DNA of 59,778 nt from Escherichia phage vB_EcoS_SA80RD. Below, one piece after another: positions 10,070 through 18,926 of this stretch. Position numbers and translations under genes: made by a program. The notes under the pieces were generated by a model. It made no database searches. It was given only the letters and a program-made list of their open reading frames with translations, and was not told the origin of the DNA. The stretch is from sequence record OL960575.1, one strand, 5' to 3'. Each line of letters opens with the position of its first letter. Position 1 is the stretch's first letter.

Positions 10070-10467
10070 AAGCGCGCAGACAGTTAATTGATAAGAAGAT
10101 CCTCCAATGGGAACTAAATAGCAAAGTCCCCGGCGGGGGATCTTCTTTATTATCGCAACTGCAAAAGGTTGAGGAACAGTCTGGTAAGACGCCGCCTAAG
10201 CTTAAAGAATATCGGGAAAAGGAAATACCGATTTGCTTTGAATACCTGTCTACTTTATTTGATGACATTTACACGGGAGGGGATTTTAGTTATACAGAAT
10301 TGCACAGCTATCAGGCAACAATGGGCTTACATCTTCAACCGTACGAATGCGAAATACTGCGGCAGCTATGGCTTGAAAAGCGCGTGTCTGAAGCTGAACA
10401 AAATGCTAAACTCATGGAAAGTCAAATGCAAAATCAAAATAAAGGTAGAAGAAAAAGGAGAAGATAA
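9662..10467 (+). CDS. tail assembly chaperone -1 frameshift fusion product (GT-like)
   Basis: Slippery heptamer T_TTT_TTC at 10060-10066; the -1 frame is open for 133 codons from 10066 to a TAA at 10465-10467 that overlaps the tape measure ATG. Frame checked codon by codon. Confidence 0.5.
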
Positions 10468-13400
10468 TGGCCGAAACCGCTTCGCTAGTAATCAGAGTTG
10501 ACGCGAGAGGGATTAGTACCGCGGACTCTATGTTGCGGAACTTAGCGCGTACAGGTGACACAGCGGAGCGGTCTGCTCAACGTGTTACCTCCAGCTATAA
10601 AACATTGTCTAACACATCTAACGAACTTGCAACTGTCACAAGTCGTTTGGATGCTGCAATTGTAGGAATGATTAGCGTTGACACTATTAGCCGTGTTATA
10701 TCGCTATCGGACTCCTGGACTATCCTCACCAACAAACTTGAACTGGCTCGTACGGGTAATGAAACTGTTGCGGATGCGCAGCAACGCGTGTTTGATATTG
10801 CCCAGCGGTCACGTACAAGCTTGGAAGCAACTGCAACTCTATATTCCCGTCTCCAGCGTGCAATGAAGAATACTGGTATGACTGGTATGGAGCTTGGACG
10901 TATCACTGAAACAATCAACAAAGCGATGATTGTTTCCGGTGCAACGTCACATGAAGCAAGCGCTGCCCTTATTCAGTTTTCGCAAGCAATGGCGTCCGGT
11001 GTTCTGCGTGGGGACGAATTCCGATCCGTTGCAGAACAAGCGCCCCGCTTAACTCAAATCATGTCCGATGCGTTAGGTGTTACCATTGGACAATTGCGTG
11101 AAATGGCTTACAGCGGCAAGTTAACCGCCGATGTGGTTATCAAATCGTTGTCCGGTGCTGCGGATACAATTGATAAAGAATTTAGCCGCACTATGCCAAC
11201 GTTCAACCAGCAATGGACGATTGCAACAAACAACCTGACTAAATTTATGGGTGAGTCCCAAAAGACTCAAGGTGCGGTTGCTGCATTGGGACAGACGTTT
11301 GTTGCATTATCCGAAAACTTAGGAACGGTTGTAACGGTTGGTTCAGCTTTAGCCACAGTGATTACTGCCCGTATCATTACGGCAATGCTTGCTAAGACTA
11401 AAGCGTCTATAGCTGCTGCAAAAGCATCACAGATGGAAGCTGCACAAACGGCGGCAACTACTGCGGTGATGCAAAGCTCTATTGGCGTTACCGCGCAGAA
11501 AGCGGCTGCGGATCGTGCTGCTTCGCTTGCAGCGTTACAGGTTGCTCGCGGGTCATTAGCGGTTGCTAAGGGTACGGCAGCGGAAGCAGGTGCACGTCTT
11601 GCGCTTATTAACGCTACCCGTGCGCATTCGGCAGCAATTATGGCGGACGTACAAGCGCGGCAAGCGCTCAATGCTGCGCTTAATGCAACTGTACCAGCCG
11701 CAAGCCGGGCAGCTACAGCAATGAGCGTGCTGCGCGGTGCTATGGGGTTAATTGGCGGTCCGGTTGGTGTAGCAATGCTGGCAGCGGGTGCAATTTACTC
11801 CTATAAAGCGTCATTGGAAGCTGGTCGTGCGGAAAACAATCAGTTTGCGGATAGTGTTGATACTGTACGCGATAAACTGATGCAGATGACAGAAGCTCAG
11901 TTGGCAGCTAACGCAGTTAAAGCTCGCGCAATTCTCCCCGAACTTGAAGAGCAAATGAAGCGGGAGCAAACTGCTCTTAAATCTGCAACGGAAACGCAGA
12001 AGTTCTATGAAGCACAATTAAAACGTCGTGCTGCGTCCGGTCGTGATACAGCCAGTGCTGAAAAGAATTTACAAATTGCAACGGATAACGTCAAGCTTGC
12101 TGCGGAGCGTGCTGAAGAAGCTCAACGCCGTTACAACAATGTCTTAGAAATGACAAGCCCTGCTATCGAGAAGATAATTCCGTTAGCTCGTCAGCTTGCT
12201 GCGGATATGAAAGCAGTGCTTAATATCAAATCCGGTCCGCTTATTGACGAGAAAGTGCTTGATCGTTTTAAAGGTCAGTTAGGTGACGTTAACCGCGAAA
12301 TTGATGTTAACACTGTTAAAGGTGCGGGTAATGCTCGCCAGGCCGCAATCCTTAGTGGGCTGTATCAAACTCTGGGCAAAGATGCAGACACCTACGGAAG
12401 TCTAATTCGCAAAGTAGCTATGGGGCAGGATGTTAGCTCTGAAGCAACAAGCGAGTCCGCAAAAGAACTTGTTAAATATGCTCAAGAGCTAGCGGAAGCT
12501 TACGGCAAGAATTATGATCTCGAGGAAGCGGAGCGGAACCGAACTAAAGCGACAAAAGACGGTATTAAAGCAGAACAACAGAACGCCAAAGTTATTGACG
12601 ATTTACGGAACAAGCTTAACGAAGTAACTACAGGAGTTAAAGAAAACGCTAAAGCTAAAGCGCAAGCTGTGGCGCTTAATAAGCTCAATGCGTCTGCAAC
12701 GGCTGCGGAAAAAGCGGAAGTTGTTAGTCTTGCTGCTGCAATCTACGATGCAGAAGAAGCTCAAAAGAAACTGGACGAGCGTAAGAAGAATCGTAAGTTT
12801 GCTCAGGGTCTGTTAGATGAAGGTATGACAGACTATGAAAAAATCGCGTACGAGCAAAATACTAAGATTGCTGAGCTTACTGCTAAACAACGAGCAGATG
12901 ACCTAGCTTACTATCAACTTTATGAGGATGCCAAAACTCAAGTCCTGAAGAAAGCAAGCATGGAAAGGGAAAATCTGGATAAAGTTCTTATGAACCGAAT
13001 GATATCCTTTTCTCAGGAATCCTTGGGTATTATACTGTCAGGGCTGGAAGAAGGTGTTAGTAAACAGAACTTTATTTATAAGGCAATGTTTGCTGCACAG
13101 AAAGCAATGCAAATCCCGTCAATCCTTGCCAACACGGAGACAGCGGCATCAGCGGCGCTTGCGTGGGGTACACAGCAAGGCGGTGCTACAATGGGCGCAG
13201 CTATGGCTGGTATAGTGAAAGCTATGGGTTATGCGTCTGCTGCTACTGTGGGTGGCTTAGCAATCGCTGGTATGGCGCATGACGGTATTGATAATGTTCC
13301 GCGCGAAGGTACATGGTTATTGGATAAAGGTGAACGTGTACTTAATGCCCCGTCTAATGACAAGTTAAACCGCTTCCTGGATAGCCAAGCTTCACAACAA

Positions 13401-13583
13401 GGTGGCGTGAATATGTCTGGTGGTGTTAACATTGTCCAGTATATCACGGTGCAAGGGAATGGCGATGCTGCACTCACGCAAGCCATGCAGCAAGCGGCTC
13501 GTGATGGTGCGGAGCAGGGATATAATAAAGTTCTTACAGACTTTGCATCCCGAGGAACAATTCGTAGAACTGCAATGGGGTAA
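10467..13583 (+). CDS. tail tape measure protein
   Basis: 1038 aa, Ala/Gln-rich coiled-coil character, classic position after the chaperone. Confidence 0.85.
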   Translation: MAETASLVIRVDARGISTADSMLRNLARTGDTAERSAQRVTSSYKTLSNTSNELATVTSRLDAAIVGMISVDTISRVISLSDSWTILTNKLELARTGNETVADAQQRVFDIAQRSRTSLEATATLYSRLQRAMKNTGMTGMELGRITETINKAMIVSGATSHEASAALIQFSQAMASGVLRGDEFRSVAEQAPRLTQIMSDALGVTIGQLREMAYSGKLTADVVIKSLSGAADTIDKEFSRTMPTFNQQWTIATNNLTKFMGESQKTQGAVAALGQTFVALSENLGTVVTVGSALATVITARIITAMLAKTKASIAAAKASQMEAAQTAATTAVMQSSIGVTAQKAAADRAASLAALQVARGSLAVAKGTAAEAGARLALINATRAHSAAIMADVQARQALNAALNATVPAASRAATAMSVLRGAMGLIGGPVGVAMLAAGAIYSYKASLEAGRAENNQFADSVDTVRDKLMQMTEAQLAANAVKARAILPELEEQMKREQTALKSATETQKFYEAQLKRRAASGRDTASAEKNLQIATDNVKLAAERAEEAQRRYNNVLEMTSPAIEKIIPLARQLAADMKAVLNIKSGPLIDEKVLDRFKGQLGDVNREIDVNTVKGAGNARQAAILSGLYQTLGKDADTYGSLIRKVAMGQDVSSEATSESAKELVKYAQELAEAYGKNYDLEEAERNRTKATKDGIKAEQQNAKVIDDLRNKLNEVTTGVKENAKAKAQAVALNKLNASATAAEKAEVVSLAAAIYDAEEAQKKLDERKKNRKFAQGLLDEGMTDYEKIAYEQNTKIAELTAKQRADDLAYYQLYEDAKTQVLKKASMERENLDKVLMNRMISFSQESLGIILSGLEEGVSKQNFIYKAMFAAQKAMQIPSILANTETAASAALAWGTQQGGATMGAAMAGIVKAMGYASAATVGGLAIAGMAHDGIDNVPREGTWLLDKGERVLNAPSNDKLNRFLDSQASQQGGVNMSGGVNIVQYITVQGNGDAALTQAMQQAARDGAEQGYNKVLTDFASRGTIRRTAMG

Positions 13584-13586
13584 TAT

Positions 13587-14171
13587 ATGCTCACTTGGCC
13601 TGAAGAGCTTAGACCATCGGAAATGGAATGGTATCTAGTTTCAAACGCTGTAGAATTTACAAGCCCCTTCAATGGGGCTTCCCAAACTGTGTCATATCCC
13701 GGATCTCGTTGGGAAGCGACACTGACATTTAGCAACTTAAATGACTGGCAATCCAGAAAGCTTGAATCGACGTTAGCTAAACTTGATGGCAAAGCTGGTC
13801 GCATTATGCTTCAGGATTTTGGTCGCTGGGGTAGGCCTCCAATGGGATCACCTGTGGTTAATGGCGCAAATAACACTGGGACAACTTTATCAACTAAGGG
13901 TTGGACTCCTGACCGTAAGGTATTATGGGAAGGGGACTATATCGCAGTAAACAATGAATTAAAATTGATAACAGAAGATGCTTGGAGTGATTCTTCTGGT
14001 AACGTGATTTTAAACATTGCCCCAATGTTAAGAAGCATCCCTCCAAACGGTGCGAAGATTGAAACTCAGAAACCCCAAGGATCTTTCCGTTTAGCCGAAA
14101 ACACAAATGGAGTTAAACGTCAACCTGCATTTAATAACTCCTTTACTTTAAAATTCTCGGAGGCATTCTAA
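13587..14171 (+). CDS. minor tail protein (lambda M-like / distal tail)
   Basis: 194 aa directly after the tape measure. Confidence 0.5.
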   Translation: MLTWPEELRPSEMEWYLVSNAVEFTSPFNGASQTVSYPGSRWEATLTFSNLNDWQSRKLESTLAKLDGKAGRIMLQDFGRWGRPPMGSPVVNGANNTGTTLSTKGWTPDRKVLWEGDYIAVNNELKLITEDAWSDSSGNVILNIAPMLRSIPPNGAKIETQKPQGSFRLAENTNGVKRQPAFNNSFTLKFSEAF

Positions 14172-14755
14172 TGTTATTCAGTCCGTTTAGCGATAGCCTT
14201 CTTAGCGCAATGGAGCAACCAAACGTTGCGCTAGTGTTGGCAGCGGAAATAGACTTCCCTTCCGGTATCACTCGCGTGCATACTGGAACAGGAACTGTTA
14301 TTATCAATGGTCAGACTTTTCTTGGTGTAGGTACTCTAGGGGATGTTGGATCGATTACAGAAGAAAACAGCACAAGCTCAAGCACTATGTCCATGGCACT
14401 TAGCGGTCTGGATATGAGTCTTGTAGGAGAGACGTTAAACGAAGAAGTTATTGGCCGCAATGTTATTTGCTATCTTGCGGTTATGAACGATCAAGGCGTT
14501 GTCACTGGTGCGAACGTATTATTTGAAGGGTTTATTACAGATACAGCTTTGCAAGCAGGACAACAAAATGCTTTGAGCTATGTTATTGCCAATGTCTTTG
14601 AGCGTTGGTCACAAGGTTTACCGGATCGCTATACGGATGAAAGTCAACAACGTTTACATCCAGGCGATCGGTTCTTTAGATATGTCGCACAAATGGCTGA
14701 ACGTTCGATCTTTTGGGGGAGTAAAAAAGATGCGCCAGGATTCACGTATGAGTAA
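14171..14755 (+). CDS. minor tail protein (lambda L-like)
   Basis: 194 aa; N-terminal ALVLAAEIDFPSG resembles lambda gpL as recalled. Confidence 0.5.
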   Translation: MLFSPFSDSLLSAMEQPNVALVLAAEIDFPSGITRVHTGTGTVIINGQTFLGVGTLGDVGSITEENSTSSSTMSMALSGLDMSLVGETLNEEVIGRNVICYLAVMNDQGVVTGANVLFEGFITDTALQAGQQNALSYVIANVFERWSQGLPDRYTDESQQRLHPGDRFFRYVAQMAERSIFWGSKKDAPGFTYE

Positions 14756-15164
14756 AATGCCAGGATGGCAGACACGTTTATTAACCACAGTAAAGGAGTT
14801 GGCATCTACTCCTTTTTCTTGGGGTGAAAACGATTGCTGTACGTTTGCCGCTAAATGTGTTGATGCACAATACAACACAAATATTTATAATGAGATAGCA
14901 GGTAAATATAGCACAGAGCTTGGAAGCAAGCGATTCTCAATTGAAAAAGTCGGAACCGCTTATCTTCCAACTTTGCTGGATGCTTACCTGAGTGAACGCG
15001 TGGATAAGAACTTTGCACAAAGAGGAGATGTGGTTACATTTGAGGGAGCATTGGGCTTAACTGCTGGCATATTATGGACGGGATATGTATGGGCTATGGG
15101 TCCGAACGGTGTGGAAACATTCCCGCTTAATAAGATCAAAATTACGGATATTTGGAGGGTCTAA
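14730..15164 (+). CDS. tail assembly protein (lambda K-like, NlpC/P60-type Cys motif)
   Basis: WGENDCCTFAAK cysteine motif; start uncertain (ATG 14730 with GGGGGAG upstream, or ATG 14748); overlaps end of previous gene. Confidence 0.45.
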   Translation: MRQDSRMSKMPGWQTRLLTTVKELASTPFSWGENDCCTFAAKCVDAQYNTNIYNEIAGKYSTELGSKRFSIEKVGTAYLPTLLDAYLSERVDKNFAQRGDVVTFEGALGLTAGILWTGYVWAMGPNGVETFPLNKIKITDIWRV

Positions 15165-17803
15165 TGCCACCAGCAATAATTGGAGCAGCAATAGCTTTAG
15201 GTGCTTCCGCTGCCGCTGCGGCGGGGTGGATTGCTACGGGCGTAGCTTTAGCTATTGGTATGGCTGCAACTGCGGCGGGTGCTCTTTTAACTAAGACACC
15301 TAATATGAACTTTAATGCTTATAAAGGTCAACAAGAGCGTAAACAGGTTTTACGAGCAGCCGCAGCGTCTCGAACAGTAGTGTATGGCACAACGGTCGCT
15401 TCCGGAGTTATGACGTTTGCCGAGGAGCAGCCTGGAGATCAGGACGAAGACGAACTCCTGCATATGGCTCTTGTTGTAGCTTCACATCCATTGGATGGAA
15501 TTGGTGATATTTGGCTTGGGGATGACCTTGTACAGACTTTCGAACAGTATGTCACTTGGGAATTCCATAACGACCGTCAGACTGTAGATCCATTCATGTT
15601 AAGCAATTGCCCTTCCTGGAAAGAGGATATGATCGGGAAAGGGATTGCATGGCTTCGTATTAGCTTTAAATTTAATGCGGAAAAATTCCCGTCTGGTTTG
15701 CCAAACATTAAGCTTCTTAAAAGAGGTCGCCGTGTATATGATCCTCGTTCTGGTTATACCATATTTAGCGATAATGCAGCGTTAGTAATACTTGATTACT
15801 TCCGCACGTATTTAAAGCGCAAAGATGAAGATATTAACTGGGACCAATTCAAAGAAGCGGCTAACATCTGTGATGAATACGTCAATAACGCTGATGGTTC
15901 TACAGAGCGCCGTTATAAAATCAACGGTGAATTTGAAGTAGATGAAGCCCCATCCAAAATTCTGGATGCTATGTTGCAAGCTTGTGGTGGCGAGCTAACG
16001 TATGTAGCTGGTAAACACGGTCTTCTGGTTGGCGCATATTACGGCCCGGCAACAATGACGTTGGACGAAAGTTGTATTGCTGGGGATATTAAAATTGTTC
16101 CAGAGACTTCTTATAAGGAGCGCACCAACACCATCACAGGGACATTTATTGATCCAAAGCAAAACTATGTTGAAGCGGACTTCCCCCCAGTTGTGGTTAA
16201 GGAATGGGTGGAAAAAGATGGCGGTGAAATAACTCAGGACATGGATTTTCGTTTTGTAACTAGTGAATATCAGGCACAACGTTTGTCTAATATTATTCTA
16301 CGTCGTAAACGTGTTGGACGCACAATTGAAATCCCTTGTAACATGAAGGGTTATAAATTCCGTCCAGGAATGTATGTAAAAGTTACCATCACGCAGATTG
16401 GCATGAAGAATGTTGAAATGCGCGTTACCAAATGGTCTTTTAACCCTAAAGGTGGTGTTAATCTTACCTTACGTCAAGATTTCCTGGAAATGTGGGACGA
16501 TGCAATTGGTAAACCTATGGACCGACCGGATCTTGTAGACTTGCCAAGTGGTGGTGTTGCTCAACCTCAAAATCTTCAATACCAGATATTGCAGATTAGT
16601 GATGTGGTACAGGGGGTATTATCCTGGACCAACATGGGGCAAGTTGCATATAACCGCGTAGCTGTGCGACAGGGAGGCGTTACTATTTGGACCGCACAAG
16701 TCCCTGGCCAAAGCGTTCGTGTCACTGGGTTGCTGCGTGGGGCGTATACTGCGCACGTTCAAGCTGTATCGCACAGTGGCGCAATATCACCGGAAGCTTA
16801 TTTGGAGTTTAATATTCAAGCTCCACCGCCACCTTCATCTGTTGAGATACAGAACGGTTATTTTTCTTTAACTCTTATACCAAAGATTGCAGAGCTCACT
16901 AGTGTTAGCACACAATTTGATTTCTGGACGTCTGGTGAAACAAAACTGCCGTCTACTAATACAGATGTTGTTGAGCGCGATGCGACCCGTGAAGGTATGG
17001 GAACTATATGGCAGAAAAATAACTTACTCAATGACCACACTTATTACTGGTATGTAAGAACTATCAATGCCTTTGGGTCGTCCGCGTTTGTGGAAGTTGA
17101 AGCTCGTGTATGGGCAGAAACTGCACAGATCATAGAAATTATGGATAAAGAGTTTCAAGAAACTGAAACTTTCAAAAACCTCATGGAGACTGTGCAAAAG
17201 GTTGAGGACGGTGTAACGGAATTGTCCAAAGTAGTTGAAGGACAAGCTACAAAAATTGAATCGGTTCAGAGTAGTGTGGGTGATGTTGTTGTTACCGTGC
17301 AAGAGCAATCACAAGCACTAGCAGATCTTAATGGCAAACTTTCCGCTCAATGGGGTCAAAAGGTTCAAATAGACAATAATGGCAACAAATACGTTGCAGG
17401 TATGCAGTTAGGTATTGAAGGTAGCGGAGGACAATTCCAGTCTTACTTTATGGTGAGCGCTGATAACTTTGCTATTTATAATCCTGTAGCGGGAGCAGCA
17501 CAGCTTGCTTTTGCTATTAAAAACGGTCAAAGTTTCTTACAAGAAGCTTTTATTGAAAACGGATCGATTACCAACGCTAAGATTGGTAATGTTATCCAGT
17601 CCAATAACTGGAATGGTAACGATCAAGGTTGGGCAATTACAAAAGACGGTTATTGCGTATTTAATAACGTAACCGTCAGAGGGACAGTTGTTGCTAACGC
17701 TGGTCAATTTGGTTTCAATGGAAATGGAGGTATTACAATTGATAGTAACGGTATTCGTGTTCCGCTATCAGGTGGCGGTGTTGTCATAGTGGGACGCTGG
17801 TAA
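15164..17803 (+). CDS. central tail fibre / host specificity protein (lambda J-like)
   Basis: About 880 aa; C-terminal region (KYVAGMQLGIEGSG...FMVSADNFAIYNP) resembles lambda gpJ as recalled; ATG 15164 after GGAGGG. The ORF-track start at 15152 is TTG. Confidence 0.8.
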   Translation: MPPAIIGAAIALGASAAAAAGWIATGVALAIGMAATAAGALLTKTPNMNFNAYKGQQERKQVLRAAAASRTVVYGTTVASGVMTFAEEQPGDQDEDELLHMALVVASHPLDGIGDIWLGDDLVQTFEQYVTWEFHNDRQTVDPFMLSNCPSWKEDMIGKGIAWLRISFKFNAEKFPSGLPNIKLLKRGRRVYDPRSGYTIFSDNAALVILDYFRTYLKRKDEDINWDQFKEAANICDEYVNNADGSTERRYKINGEFEVDEAPSKILDAMLQACGGELTYVAGKHGLLVGAYYGPATMTLDESCIAGDIKIVPETSYKERTNTITGTFIDPKQNYVEADFPPVVVKEWVEKDGGEITQDMDFRFVTSEYQAQRLSNIILRRKRVGRTIEIPCNMKGYKFRPGMYVKVTITQIGMKNVEMRVTKWSFNPKGGVNLTLRQDFLEMWDDAIGKPMDRPDLVDLPSGGVAQPQNLQYQILQISDVVQGVLSWTNMGQVAYNRVAVRQGGVTIWTAQVPGQSVRVTGLLRGAYTAHVQAVSHSGAISPEAYLEFNIQAPPPPSSVEIQNGYFSLTLIPKIAELTSVSTQFDFWTSGETKLPSTNTDVVERDATREGMGTIWQKNNLLNDHTYYWYVRTINAFGSSAFVEVEARVWAETAQIIEIMDKEFQETETFKNLMETVQKVEDGVTELSKVVEGQATKIESVQSSVGDVVVTVQEQSQALADLNGKLSAQWGQKVQIDNNGNKYVAGMQLGIEGSGGQFQSYFMVSADNFAIYNPVAGAAQLAFAIKNGQSFLQEAFIENGSITNAKIGNVIQSNNWNGNDQGWAITKDGYCVFNNVTVRGTVVANAGQFGFNGNGGITIDSNGIRVPLSGGGVVIVGRW

Positions 17804-17813
17804 TGAAATATTT

Positions 17814-17840
17814 AAACGGGGCTCATGCCCCGTTTATTAA
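17814..17840. terminator. bidirectional terminator between J-like gene and convergent minus-strand gene
   Basis: AAACGGGGC-tcat-GCCCCGTTT hairpin between convergent stop codons. Confidence 0.6.
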
Positions 17841-18802
17841 TACATATTCGGTATAGCTATGAGTGGTGTTGAAATCACCACGTTACGACCGGGCATTTGG
17901 AATTGTTGTCGCGAGTAGTTGCCTACCACGCGGTTTCTTGCAGCACCTACCACATTATCTGCCATGCGAATCCCGTTCATGCGAATATGATTATAACCTC
18001 CGTTGTTCTCAATAAGCGTGCCTGTGTATGCAAGCTGTATTAAGCTGTCTCCAATATTTTGCCAACCCGCGCTAAGATCTACTGTTCCGTTGAATACAAA
18101 TGGCTTCTTAACTGTGGAGAACGTAACCTGCCCCGCGCTGTTCGTCATGGTAATACCATCACCAGGCTGTGGAGGAGTGTTATTAAATATTACTAATTCC
18201 ATCCCAACAGAAGCTGATACGTCATCAATTCCACCATATGCTGCATTGCGAACAATAATATTCGAACCATCAAAACCTACTGACACGTTAGGGTCGTTCC
18301 AGCGAGCAAACGGAACACCACCGACAGGTAACGACATACTGCCGTTAACCCATACGTACTGGGAATACTGACAAGTCATGAGAAAGGCCGCGTTGGATAT
18401 TGCTGTAAAGTCCGTGGAGTTAGCAACAAATAGACCCTCGTTTCGCGTTCCTACAGGTAGCAGTTCCATAATCACCCCTGCCCATTGCGGCAGCCCACTA
18501 TAGGCACCCAGTCCGTCCGCACCTCGCAACGTAACTCCACCGTCCCCGTTTCGGGTTACGGACGTCACATACATTGGATCCGGAATAACTAGCGTCTGAT
18601 CAAATACTTCCAGTACTTCAACTGGGTTAGTCATAATAACGACATGCTGCGATCCTGGCGTCAGAGGTGTATTGATGGTTAGTGTTTTGTCAGATTGACA
18701 TCGCTGATTGAAGTTAGCGCAAAAAGACGGGGCTCTCAATCCTGCTGTTATTTGCATTGCAGGTCTACCGTCATTGTAGTTTATATAAATACCCTCTGGC
18801 AT
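17837..18802 (-). CDS. hypothetical beta-rich protein encoded opposite to the tail genes
   Basis: About 320 aa; ATG at 18802 with GGAG RBS (ORF-track start upstream is less supported); G/N/T/V-rich, no signal peptide. Confidence 0.45.
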   Translation of the reverse strand: MPEGIYINYNDGRPAMQITAGLRAPSFCANFNQRCQSDKTLTINTPLTPGSQHVVIMTNPVEVLEVFDQTLVIPDPMYVTSVTRNGDGGVTLRGADGLGAYSGLPQWAGVIMELLPVGTRNEGLFVANSTDFTAISNAAFLMTCQYSQYVWVNGSMSLPVGGVPFARWNDPNVSVGFDGSNIIVRNAAYGGIDDVSASVGMELVIFNNTPPQPGDGITMTNSAGQVTFSTVKKPFVFNGTVDLSAGWQNIGDSLIQLAYTGTLIENNGGYNHIRMNGIRMADNVVGAARNRVVGNYSRQQFQMPGRNVVISTPLIAIPNMY

Positions 18803-18926
18803 AATTACTCCAACAATGTGGTTAAAGATGATAGACAATATTGTTTTATATTCTAATTTAATTTACCATATTTATATGCCATAGTGCATCCATTATTTGA
18901 TCAACTCTACGAAACAAGAGGTAAAA

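Noticed and set aside
10169-10501. 110-aa ORF between the tail chaperone and tape measure genes
   Set aside because: It is in the wrong frame and has an implausible composition; the coding signal here is the -1 frameshift extension of the chaperone in the other frame.
11267-11671. Ala-rich minus-strand ORF inside the tape measure gene
   Set aside because: Antisense to an Ala/Gln-rich coding stretch; no independent support.
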